DNA of 64,000 nucleotides from an uncultured virus (IMG/VR IMGVR_UViG_3300035520_000941) (lineage: Duplodnaviria; Heunggongvirae; Uroviricota; Caudoviricetes). Under the pieces are notes generated by a model. It did not search any database. It was not told the origin of the DNA and saw only the letters and a list, made by a program, of their open reading frames with translations. How positions within the stretch are numbered: the stretch's first letter is position 1; the number at the start of each line of letters is the position of its first letter. Where the stretch lies: IMG/VR virus record IMGVR_UViG_3300035520_000941; one strand, 5' to 3'. Both the position numbers and the translations under genes were made by a program. Positions 9,188 through 19,300 of this stretch are shown here, in pieces.

Positions 9188-9877
9188 TTATCTTCTTCTA
9201 CCATAACCATATCTATTCATTGTCATTTGTCCTTGATATTGCCCTCCACGACTTGACATATGACTTTGCGTATCTTCATATACATCTCTATCATACATGT
9301 TATCACGCATACCATAATTTCTAGGATAACCATACATTTCTGTTGTTCTTGTATAAACATTTCCATCTTCATATTCATTATTTTCTTTGCTATCAATGAT
9401 TTTAGCAACATAGCATAAATAATCATATAATTTCATTGAGCCACCATATGGGCTATCTTTGTCCATAAGCCACAATTTAGCGTATGTTACATAATTATCC
9501 ATGTTTGTACCTAATAACTCCTTAAAGTCGCTCTCTGCCATAACAAGAATAATATACCAATCCTCAACAGTAAAAGTGTCCATTTGAATTTTATGTTGCT
9601 TTGCTAATTGTTCTGCTTTTTGATATGTGAACAATTTATCTTTTATGTTGTTCCTATCATAGATTTCATTAACAATCCATTCAGCATATTCTTTATCAAT
9701 TCCACTTAGCATAATATTTTTGCTTTTTAACATTTTTTCTTCAATCCTTTTCATATCACTAGGCGATTTTTCCTCTAAAGTATCAATCACTTCACAAATT
9801 AAATCCATTAAATCATCTTTAACTTTTTTGCTTTCACTAGCATCTTCAATCATTTTTTTAATTTCTTGTTTGTTCAT
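9188..9877 (-). CDS. Conserved hypothetical phage protein, RG/Y-rich C-tail
   Basis: 229-aa ORF; AKLWLMDKD...KLYDY motif. Confidence 0.75.
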   Translation of the reverse strand: MNKQEIKKMIEDASESKKVKDDLMDLICEVIDTLEEKSPSDMKRIEEKMLKSKNIMLSGIDKEYAEWIVNEIYDRNNIKDKLFTYQKAEQLAKQHKIQMDTFTVEDWYIILVMAESDFKELLGTNMDNYVTYAKLWLMDKDSPYGGSMKLYDYLCYVAKIIDSKENNEYEDGNVYTRTTEMYGYPRNYGMRDNMYDRDVYEDTQSHMSSRGGQYQGQMTMNRYGYGRRR

Positions 9878-10118
9878 AATCCTTGTGATTTCCTTTCAAA
9901 TAATCTAAAATTTCATTGTTTTGTTCAATCGTTATATTAAATAGTTTTCTATTATCTTCTAACAATTCCATAACGTCATTATGGAGCATTTCTAAAATAT
10001 CATCATTTGTCGATTGTTGCTTTAATTCTTCATTATTTTGAATTTGCAAAATAAACGATAATATATTGATAATATCAAGTATAGTGATAGAATTTAAGTT
10101 GCTATTTTGATTGTTCAT
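9858..10118 (-). CDS. Hypothetical coiled-coil protein
   Basis: GGAGA RBS before ATG 10118; LDIINILSFILQIQN. Confidence 0.65.
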   Translation of the reverse strand: MNNQNSNLNSITILDIINILSFILQIQNNEELKQQSTNDDILEMLHNDVMELLEDNRKLFNITIEQNNEILDYLKGNHKDYEQTRN

Positions 10119-10314
10119 TTTTGATATCTCCACATTCTAATATAAGAATAATCTTATCTATCTTATTTTCAATATTACTTAATCTTTTTTCCGTACTATC
10201 TTGAAACGCTAAACTTTCATCATTCTTATCACTATTGCTTAATCCTATTGATGTGTTGAACAATGCTATAAATAGAAATAGACTATTTATAAACTCATTA
10301 TAATCATCAAACAT
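10102..10314 (-). CDS. Small membrane/coiled-coil protein
   Basis: ORF coupled to neighbours. Confidence 0.6.
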   Translation of the reverse strand: MFDDYNEFINSLFLFIALFNTSIGLSNSDKNDESLAFQDSTEKRLSNIENKIDKIILILECGDIKNEQSK

Positions 10315-10316
10315 AA

Positions 10317-10745
10317 TTATTCAGTATAATCACTTTGTGTATCATTGCTCGTAGATGTAGTGTTTGTTGTTGAAGTAACTGGTGGATTTAAAGCAGGAAT
10401 TGAAACATTAGCATTTGGCAAACATCTATACCCACTTGCTAACACAAACATTGATGTATCACCTGCATATTTCAATCTGTACATTCTTCTTGTTCTTACT
10501 TGACTTGAATATAAAGCATTTCCATTAGGTAAAATAACTGGGATTGTTTTTCCGTCAATCACAACAGAAACTTTCAAAGGTGTAGAAATTGTTGGTATTG
10601 TTTGAGCGATAATAAGACAAACATATTGACCGTTACATAATGTTTTATTAGGTATAGTTAATAATAAACTTGTGGTATTTGTTGTTACTGTAGTAGTCAA
10701 AGACTTACAATTACAGTTTTCACAACAACTATAATTACAACTCAT
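10317..10745 (-). CDS. Cys-rich hypothetical protein
   Basis: GAAAGGA RBS before MSCNYSCCENCNC; Thr/Ser tail. Confidence 0.7.
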   Translation of the reverse strand: MSCNYSCCENCNCKSLTTTVTTNTTSLLLTIPNKTLCNGQYVCLIIAQTIPTISTPLKVSVVIDGKTIPVILPNGNALYSSQVRTRRMYRLKYAGDTSMFVLASGYRCLPNANVSIPALNPPVTSTTNTTSTSNDTQSDYTE

Positions 10746-10890
10746 TATTTTATCTTCCTTTCTATCTAAACGATAAGAGAGATAATCACATTGTGAATAT
10801 CCCTCAAATATCATTGAATTTTAATCACAATATAAATAATATTGGAATGTTATTAATAATTTTAAATCAATATTAAACAACTAAAATCTC

Positions 10891-11694
10891 TTAAATAAAA
10901 CTATTTCCACAACCACAGCCACCATTTAATGTGTTATATGGATAGATTGCTGTTTGATATGGAGATAGAGTTAAATAGGCTGGTTTTGCCACTGGCAAAA
11001 GTGCATCTAAAATGCTTGTTGTTTGTGCGTTTTGTGAAATTTGATTTAAGTATGCTTGGTTTTGGTCACGCAATTGTTGAATTTCTTGTTGACACATTCT
11101 ATCTAATATTGCTCGTGTATTATCATTGCTTGCTTGAATGATTGCATTTGTATTTTGAGCATTTAGCATATTTTGGTTAGCAATAGCGTTTTCAACACCA
11201 CAGAACCCACTTCCTACTTGCGTACTTAAGTTATTTACAGCCATTTGATTATCAAATTGTGCTTGCATAATTGCCGTTTTATTTTCACAACAACAATCAG
11301 CAAGTTGAGATGATAATTGTTGTATAGCGTTTTGATTTTGATATCCTAATGTTGAAATAGCACTATCAACACCATTAAAACCATTTAATAATGATGTATT
11401 CATTGCATAGAAACCATCACATAATCCTTGTTGGACTCCTCTAACTTGGTTTTCCATATTGCTTTGAGATACAGTGTCGGCAACATCTTGTGGGCTTGCA
11501 ACACCTCTACCAAAATTACTTGCCATAATATCAGCAACACCATTTCCATTATTTCCAAAACCATTATTACCCCATAATGCAAATAAAATTATAATCCAAA
11601 ACCACATATAGCCACCATCACCATAGCAACCATCATTTCTATTTGCGTTTAAATCCATAACTGGTACTACACCAGTACCATAATTTTCCATCAT
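10891..11694 (-). CDS. Q/N-rich coiled-coil protein with N-terminal hydrophobic hairpin
   Basis: WFWIIILFALWG, QQGLCDGFY, QLADCCCENK, GCGC C-terminus. Confidence 0.8.
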   Translation of the reverse strand: MMENYGTGVVPVMDLNANRNDGCYGDGGYMWFWIIILFALWGNNGFGNNGNGVADIMASNFGRGVASPQDVADTVSQSNMENQVRGVQQGLCDGFYAMNTSLLNGFNGVDSAISTLGYQNQNAIQQLSSQLADCCCENKTAIMQAQFDNQMAVNNLSTQVGSGFCGVENAIANQNMLNAQNTNAIIQASNDNTRAILDRMCQQEIQQLRDQNQAYLNQISQNAQTTSILDALLPVAKPAYLTLSPYQTAIYPYNTLNGGCGCGNSFI

Positions 11695-11781
11695 ATGAAA
11701 AACTCCTTTCTAAAATATTCTTTAAATCAATACTGTATTGGCTTTGCAAATTTAAAATAATTACCAAAATAATATCAATCT

Positions 11782-12099
11782 TTATTTATCACCGAATATT
11801 TTATTTGATATTTCATCACTCATTCCTAATTGTTTCATGATATTTTTAGCATTTTCAATTTCTAATGCACTATGTTGTGAAACCATATTTTGTGCAATTT
11901 CGCTAGGTGTCTTTCCACTTTGCATGAGTTGATTTAAACCATTAGCCATTTGTGGGTTATTTTTAGATATCATATTGATTAATTGTTGTTGGTTTATATT
12001 GCCCGTTCTCATCATATTAACCATTTGCATGATTTGATTATTATTCATTATATTATTGACGTTTATATTGCTCATTTTACTTAATAAAGGATTTGTCAT
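11782..12099 (-). CDS. M/N/Q-rich small protein
   Basis: ORF with RBS. Confidence 0.7.
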   Translation of the reverse strand: MTNPLLSKMSNINVNNIMNNNQIMQMVNMMRTGNINQQQLINMISKNNPQMANGLNQLMQSGKTPSEIAQNMVSQHSALEIENAKNIMKQLGMSDEISNKIFGDK

Positions 12100-12100
12100 T

Positions 12101-12724
12101 TTATTTCACTCCTTTTTTGCTTTTGCTATTTTTAGTTGATGTTTTTTGCTCATTTTGTACGTTTTGAGCGTTATTTTCTATAACTTGATTATTTATTCCA
12201 TCTGGTTGAAAACTTGCTTGTAATAAGCCTACAATTTTGTTTAAGGCTATTTGTTGTTCTTTGACTTGCTGTTTGAGATTTTCAAATTCTTTAAAATCCT
12301 TTTCGTTCTCTTTTTCGCCATTTTCATTCTCCTCTGCTATTTCTTCAAATTTATATTTAGTTATGCTCCCATCTAAATTCTTGATATAAAATTTGCTATC
12401 TTCACTTGACATTAGAATAATAGGCAAATTATTATTGAAAACATCTTTTATTTCACTTTCATTTTTTATAAATCTACCATTAAAATCAAAGTTTCCTTGT
12501 GGTTGCGTATTACCATTAGGGCTTATTTGATTGTTAATGTTGATTGGTGGTAAATTGCTTTGCCCTTGTTGACTTTGCAATGCTGAAATTTGATTTTCGA
12601 TATCGTGTTTTTGTTGCTCCAACATAGCAATTCTATTTTGACTACTTCCATATGGTTGTGGGAAGTAAGCATTATTCATATATGGGTTTTGTAAATAAGG
12701 ATTAGAAAAATTGTTATTCATCAT
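12101..12724 (-). CDS. Q/N/P-rich protein
   Basis: NPY repeats at N-terminus, KFYIKNLDG core. Confidence 0.75.
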   Translation of the reverse strand: MMNNNFSNPYLQNPYMNNAYFPQPYGSSQNRIAMLEQQKHDIENQISALQSQQGQSNLPPININNQISPNGNTQPQGNFDFNGRFIKNESEIKDVFNNNLPIILMSSEDSKFYIKNLDGSITKYKFEEIAEENENGEKENEKDFKEFENLKQQVKEQQIALNKIVGLLQASFQPDGINNQVIENNAQNVQNEQKTSTKNSKSKKGVK

Positions 12725-12884
12725 TTGTCAACTCCATTTCTTTCATTGAAATTATTTGTTTAAGTTCGTTTAAATCGTTATTATGATAATATGAGTCGAA
12801 TAGTAAATTTGCTTGTAACTCATCAAAACCTAACAAATACATAATAGAGTGAACATACACATCTTTTATTTGAATATAATTCAT
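12714..12884 (-). CDS. 56-aa hypothetical protein (below ORF-track cutoff)
   Basis: AAAGGAGTGA RBS, MNYIQIKDVYVH...MELTNDE*. Confidence 0.6.
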   Translation of the reverse strand: MNYIQIKDVYVHSIMYLLGFDELQANLLFDSYYHNNDLNELKQIISMKEMELTNDE

Positions 12885-13040
12885 GTACGCTCACTCCTTT
12901 CTAAACGGCTCATATTTCTTATTTACAAGTCAATTATACAATCTTAATTAAATAATCGTAATGTGCAAAAACACGCTTAAAAACGCATAAAAAAAGGAAA
13001 TAAAAGCAAATAAAAAAAGAACGTAACATATATTGCGTTC

Positions 13041-13238
13041 TCACTCTTTTCTATTCTTCATTTTATTTATAGCATCTATAATTCTAATTTCTTCATTTGC
13101 TGATAAATCGTACTTCAATATCTCATATACTTTTCTACTACTCACATTTAATTCTTTCGCTAAATCCTTTTGGGTGATATTTTCTTTTCTCATTATTTGC
13201 TTAATATTAATATTCCCATCATTTAACATATTATTCAA
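13041..13238 (-). CDS. XRE-type HTH protein
   Basis: ITQKDLAKELNVSSRKVYEIL. Confidence 0.75.
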   Translation of the reverse strand: MNNMLNDGNINIKQIMRKENITQKDLAKELNVSSRKVYEILKYDLSANEEIRIIDAINKMKNRKE

Positions 13239-13282
13239 TCTCCCTATATTAAAAAGAGAACATGTTACATTTTATATAATAA

Positions 13283-13570
13283 TCAGTTCTCTATTATTAG
13301 ATTTATATATTCTTTTAAATCTTCACTCATAAATTTATATTCTCTAGTAATTATTTTATTCAATTCTTTCTTTGCTTTTGAAATTTTAACTCCTATGTAT
13401 CTTTCTTCATAGTTAAATTTTTCGCACATTTCATCAATTGTTAATTCATCAACGTATTTTGCAATCAAAATTTCTTTACTATGCTTACTTAAACCAATAT
13501 TTTCTAAAATCATTCTTCTTGAATTAATAGATATGTCTTTCATTCTTTTGTTCAATTCTTTTTCGTTCAT
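13283..13570 (-). CDS. Sigma-70 region-4-like DNA-binding protein
   Basis: LSKHSKEILIAKYVDELTIDEMCEKFNYEERYI...KAKKEL. Confidence 0.65.
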   Translation of the reverse strand: MNEKELNKRMKDISINSRRMILENIGLSKHSKEILIAKYVDELTIDEMCEKFNYEERYIGVKISKAKKELNKIITREYKFMSEDLKEYINLIIEN

Positions 13571-13573
13571 ATA

Positions 13574-13876
13574 TTAAATCCCAACACGGCTTAACATATA
13601 CCCAACAACGGCAGAAACAACGGCGGTTATAACTATCCATACAACTTTATCCCATTTTTGCCCATCTTTGCTTGTCAAAACATCTATCTTATCAGTTAAA
13701 TCATCAACTTTATCACATAAACTTTCAACTTTTTGACACAATAATGCGATATCAATATTAGATTTTTCTTTATGTTCTTCTAGTTCTTTTATCTTGTCAT
13801 CAATGCTAGAAATAGATTTTTCTATAGTCCTAAATCTATGTTCACATTCATGTCTACATTGGTTATTACATTCCAT
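13574..13876 (-). CDS. XhlA/holin-like coiled-coil + TM protein
   Basis: Coiled coil then WDKVVWIVITAVVSAVVGY. Confidence 0.65.
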   Translation of the reverse strand: MECNNQCRHECEHRFRTIEKSISSIDDKIKELEEHKEKSNIDIALLCQKVESLCDKVDDLTDKIDVLTSKDGQKWDKVVWIVITAVVSAVVGYMLSRVGI

Positions 13877-13895
13877 ATATTTTCACCACCAAACT

Positions 13896-14087
13896 TTACA
13901 TGAATTTACCACATGTAGGGCATCTCTTTTTACCATTTCCACTATTATTAGTATTTTTACTACTTTTGTTTTTAGAATTGTTTTTGTTATTTTTGGAATT
14001 TGTTTTATTGACATTTCTATTCTTTTTTCGCCAGTATTTTTTTGCAGTTTTTGTATATTTTATTTTCTGATATGCACTCATAATCAA
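13896..14087 (-). CDS. Small K/N-rich protein ending CPTCGKF
   Basis: RBS + ORF between late genes. Confidence 0.55.
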   Translation of the reverse strand: MIMSAYQKIKYTKTAKKYWRKKNRNVNKTNSKNNKNNSKNKSSKNTNNSGNGKKRCPTCGKFM

Positions 14088-14100
14088 TCACCTTTCCTTT

Positions 14101-14436
14101 TCAATCGTTATGAATAGCATTATCGTTATACTGATTGCCATTTATATTGTTAATTTGGCTATCATCATTTGTTTCTTGCTCAATTTCATAATTCTCTGTC
14201 GTTTCTTCTACATACTCATATTGATTTAATTCATAGATTGTGAAAGCATTTAACAGTAAGGATACAATTAATACTATAGTTATACACACAATGATAATCT
14301 TTTGATTATTAATCTTTTTATTGTTATTTGATATCTTCAATTCAAAAAATTCACTTGTCTTTTGATATCCATTTTCCAACTTCTCAATTCTATCATATAA
14401 TTCTTCAATTTTTTTATTATCCATATTGTTAAACAC
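14101..14436 (-). CDS. Single-pass membrane protein
   Basis: TM segment IIIVCITIVLIVSLLL. Confidence 0.65.
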   Translation of the reverse strand: MFNNMDNKKIEELYDRIEKLENGYQKTSEFFELKISNNNKKINNQKIIIVCITIVLIVSLLLNAFTIYELNQYEYVEETTENYEIEQETNDDSQINNINGNQYNDNAIHND

Positions 14437-14459
14437 CTCACTTTCATTTTATATTTGTC

Positions 14460-14783
14460 TTATTCTTCTGTTTCATCTTCATCTGCTGTATCTTCATCTG
14501 TTTTATCAACATTCATTAATTTAACAATTAAATCATGTACAACATTTGAACCTCTTGACATCAAAATACCAGTACATACAATTCCAAAATAAGGAATAGC
14601 ATTGTTTAATCCTAAAATGCCTAAAATATCAAAATCACAATTGATTGCTAAAACAACACCTAAGATTGCACCACCAATCAATTTTAAATTAGGTGTCTTA
14701 TCATCGTTGATAAATCCTTTTAAAATTTCAATTAATGACTCAACAATAATAGCACCAACAATAATTGCATAAAATTTTTCCAT
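14460..14783 (-). CDS. Holin
   Basis: Three hydrophobic segments, GILMSRGSNVVHDL motif; next to endolysin. Confidence 0.8.
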   Translation of the reverse strand: MEKFYAIIVGAIIVESLIEILKGFINDDKTPNLKLIGGAILGVVLAINCDFDILGILGLNNAIPYFGIVCTGILMSRGSNVVHDLIVKLMNVDKTDEDTADEDETEE

Positions 14784-15026
14784 AATTACACCCCTTTTTT
14801 AAATTATATCCTATTTATGAATATATTTTATCATTTTAATATTATTTTATCAACATAAATTGTAAAAGATAATATTAAAGCAAAAATACTACAAAAATTA
14901 TTAAACTATCTTTTTAAATTAAATACATTTAACGCTTTATTATTGTTCCATTAAAAATAGTTCGTTACCGAACAATTATTTTTTTAATAAAAAATGAGTA
15001 CAATTAAATGTACTCATTAAATAATA

Positions 15027-15875
15027 CTATGATATCATTTTCATTAATGTATTATATCCTACAACACCATCAACAGTTAAACCATTTTTCTTTTGGTAAG
15101 TTTTAACTTTTGCTTGTGTGTCTTTACCATAATGTCCATCTTCGTCTGCTCCAACTTTTCCTTGAACAAACTTAGTAATATTAGGATATTTTTTATTTGC
15201 ACCAACTAAAGGCTTTTTAATGTTTATTTTTTTCATTTGAGCCTTTGTTTTACTTCCACAACTATTATCTTCATCTAGTTTTGGATTAGGTTTAATATCT
15301 AAGTTAATTGCTTTTTGAAGTTTTAAAACATTTTCGTTTCTATCTTTTCCACTTACAACAACTACTACATGATGCCCCTTGCAATTGACAATATCACCAG
15401 TACATAATTTACTAGATGATTGCAAATAATCCTTATCAGTGTAAAAACTAAAATCATCTGGATAATATTTTTTGATATTGTTTTCTAATGTCGATGTTGT
15501 TGTTTGAAGTGGTATTTTTGTGTACCCTAACATATGTAACAAAGTAACAACTAATTGTGAACAATCACATTCACAATCCGTTTTAAGTTTTGAAATTTTT
15601 GAAATATCTAATTTGTATTCTTTTTTCATAGCACTATAGAATGTTGTTCTTTGGTTTTGGTCGTAACCAATATGATTATTATTGCAAGAGTCTTTCATTC
15701 CTTGTGCTAGTTTTTTTGATTTTTCAATATCTTTCAATCTTAATACCATAGTCCAACTAGGATTATGTTTGTACCAATCTTGCATAGATACTTCTTTACC
15801 AGTGCTATCACCTGCTTTACCACCACTAGTCTTTCCGTTTTCATCAATTCTTGCAGAGCCAATTCTTACAGCCAT
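15027..15875 (-). CDS. Endolysin: NlpC/P60-CHAP-like peptidase + peptidoglycan-binding repeats
   Basis: IGYDQNQR, CDCSQLV, GHHVVVV; VKTYQKKNGLTVDGVVGYNT. Confidence 0.85.
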   Translation of the reverse strand: MAVRIGSARIDENGKTSGGKAGDSTGKEVSMQDWYKHNPSWTMVLRLKDIEKSKKLAQGMKDSCNNNHIGYDQNQRTTFYSAMKKEYKLDISKISKLKTDCECDCSQLVVTLLHMLGYTKIPLQTTTSTLENNIKKYYPDDFSFYTDKDYLQSSSKLCTGDIVNCKGHHVVVVVSGKDRNENVLKLQKAINLDIKPNPKLDEDNSCGSKTKAQMKKINIKKPLVGANKKYPNITKFVQGKVGADEDGHYGKDTQAKVKTYQKKNGLTVDGVVGYNTLMKMIS

Positions 15876-15891
15876 TTTAATTCCTCCTTTT

Positions 15892-16248
15892 CTAATCTTC
15901 AATAATTAATTTTTCTAATAGAATTAAGTCATTCATTTCAATATTCATTCCATTTAATTCGCTTAACTTAATTCCACTAAATTCAACTTCATTCTCAAAA
16001 GTAAAAAATTCAACGACTTCTTTATCTTCTAAATCTAATTTAATATAATTGTTTTCGTTATCATCTTCTTTTTTAAATTTTTTAGCAATTGTTTGAAGTT
16101 GTGCTTGTGCAATACCACATAAATCTTTTAATTCCAAGAATTTCTTTGATAACACCCATTTGTCCGTTACCTTTTCTTGCTTATCAACAATTTTGTTAAA
16201 ACTTCCATTGATTTCAATTAAATCTTTGTTTGTTAATTTCACTTTCAT
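15892..16248 (-). CDS. Hypothetical tail-associated protein
   Basis: 118-aa ORF with RBS. Confidence 0.65.
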   Translation of the reverse strand: MKVKLTNKDLIEINGSFNKIVDKQEKVTDKWVLSKKFLELKDLCGIAQAQLQTIAKKFKKEDDNENNYIKLDLEDKEVVEFFTFENEVEFSGIKLSELNGMNIEMNDLILLEKLIIED

Positions 16249-16378
16249 ATTATTTTGTTTCCTTTCTAATTCCGTTTCGTATATATTACATATTATATAC
16301 CAATGTTTAATATTTTTAAATATTTTTACAAAAAATAGTGATAAAAATATACGATTATCACTATTATTTTTGTATTAT

Positions 16379-19300
16379 CTAATTACTTTCTTTTGATAAT
16401 AAATATGTGTTTAATTGTTCTTTTAATTCTTTAACTTCATTTTCTAATTCTTGCACTCTTGACTTAGTTTTTTGAATTTGCCATGTATTCAAAGAAATAA
16501 ATTCAGTATAAATTAAATTATGTTCTTCATTAATCCCTTTATCCAATAGATAATTTGTAGAACTATCTTCAATATCTACCATTTCTCCATTTTCATTTTC
16601 TTCTTGTTCTCTACTTTCAATGGGCATAATATTAACTCCAGCAAACTCTGATGTAGTCATGTTTGCTTTTGCTAAAGCATCTTCTATCTCTTGCGTGATA
16701 TATCCAGCGTGAGGACGTTTTGAAGAACCTAGAATATATTTATATAAACGTGGTTGAATGTTGTCAAAGAATGTATCATATCTATCATCATAATCACATA
16801 TATCTGTCTTTAGATTTTTGTCTGATAAAGTAGTAGTCCCACTTGAATTTTGATATTTACATGTTCTACCTCTTATTTGTGTAATAGTTGCATATGATGA
16901 TGAGCCTGCCCAACCAAAATAACTTATTAAGCCATCTGTTCCTCTTTCGACAATATCATGAACAGTATTGTCTTTATAAAATGCACGTACAGCACATACA
17001 TAAGAACTATTATATCCTGAACCTAAATTTAAAATACCATTAGTCGTATTTCCCGTTCTAAGAATTTGAACACAACCACTAGGATTAGCATATATATTGA
17101 CATTGTTAGGACTACCATATCCAAAGACAACGTTATTACTAACAGATATATTAAGAACGTCACAATTATTTCCATCACTATTTTGCATATATATTCCATA
17201 ATTTTTAGTAAAAAATAATGAAGACTTATTAAGATAAGTTTTGTTATTTTCAGGTGAAAAACTTAAACCAACATTAGCTGACAATGTACTAAATTCAACT
17301 TTATCACTATAACTTTCTATATATAAAGGTGATTTGCTATCATCTGGAACAATAACAAATTTTCCGTTTTGATTATCACCATCCCAATCTGTATATATTT
17401 TTGACTCATAACCAGTGTAATCATGAGCAAACCTTATTTCCGTTGGATAAATATAAATACCATTATTCCTAGAATTTAAGTTTACACTTTGATAATCAAT
17501 CCATACATATTTATAAACATCACCCTCATCATAATTATAAAAAGTTAATCCATCTAAACTATAATCATATTTAGTGCTTAAATAAAGTTGAGTAGTATCT
17601 TCATCTCTTTTAAAAGTTTCAAATGTTAAACACATATTTTCAGAGTCTAACATTATTGATTTTTCATAATTAGAGTCTGTATTATCATATGAAATAATAT
17701 AATTTTTAGATATTCTCCAACCGCCAATAGTACCACCTAAAGATGTTATATTACCATCATTATCAACTTTGAAATTATCACCCATTGAAATACCATCAGT
17801 CCCAATATGAACCTTACTTGCCAATTCATCACTATCATAATAATATATATAATATTTAAAAGAACCATTGCTTGCTATTACATAATCTTGAACGTTGCTA
17901 TTTGTGACTCCTAATATACCTTTTAGCAATTCATATAATGTTAAACTTTCGTCATATTCCGTACTACTTGTTAATGTGAAATTAAAATTCATTTGAATAC
18001 CTTTATAATCGTCATTTGCTAAATAACTATCTGTTTTTTCACAATTTAAGTATTCATAACTAAATGAGTCACTTTGCATTAAATCTACAGTTTCAAGAGT
18101 ACTCCATATACTCTTATCATATTTTCCAAAATTTAAAGTCAATTCATCAAATTTTCCAAAACTAGAAACACCATAATCATAAGTACTATCACTATTTAAA
18201 ACATTTTTTATAAGCGAACCAGTAAATTCATATGTATATGTGTTTGTTTCACTGTTATATGTTTTAGTAAATGTATTTGAAAAAAACATATTTGCATCTG
18301 TAATAGCACCAGTTCCAGAGTTTGCAACAACTGTAAATGTTTCATCTGTTTCCTCTGAATAAGTATACCCATTTATCCCATTTTCACTTAACTTAAATTT
18401 ATTTGAACCACTACCAATAACACCAGTATTCATAGTTATTTCATTTAAGTATAAATCACCGTTATCATCAGCATACAAAACCCTAGTACCATCATTATTT
18501 AGAATTTCAATACCACCATTTTTAATATGCAATCCCTCTTTATCCATTGATAATAGAGTTGACACCGCCTCTGAATTATTGATTGTTTCAGTGAACCATA
18601 CACTCCATTGTTCTGCCGTCAATTTTTCTTCAGCACTTGTTAATCTTGATTGAATAGCCGTTGTCTTTTCTTCAATATCACTTGGAGATGGGGCATAATC
18701 TGTAGCAATAGAACCTATTTCAAGTTGAGGGCATGCCCAATAAATATAAAAGCCTTTTGAACTATCTTCGTAACATGATAGCCAACATGCACTTGCAGGG
18801 TTTCCATTTTGATTTAACATTTCCTCTGTTACTTCAAATGTATAAGAAAATTGTTTCCATTCTTTGCCAATAACTCCAATTTCTTCACCAACAATATAAT
18901 AGTCATACAAATTGTTTATATCATTGCTTTCAGTTTCTTCTTCATCTGTTTCTTCTTTTTCATCTTCTTCATTTTCTGTATCATCACTATCTTCATCTTC
19001 ACTATCTATATCTGTATCTTCATCTTCGTTTTCTGTTTCTTCTTCTAAATCATTATCTAAATCTTCATCAGTGCTTTCATCTGTATTTTCTCTTTCATCA
19101 TTTAACTTAGTAACATACAAACCATACATATGTTTTTCAACTGTATCATTTGTCTTAGCATAAACGCTATATGTCAACTTATCACCCACGCTTGCTTTTT
19201 GAGTTTCAATTATTTGTTGAACAAAATCAAACCCAATATTAGCATTTGCAACGCTAGATTTAAAGATAGTACAATCTTTGAATGTTTCATTTGTCTTTGT

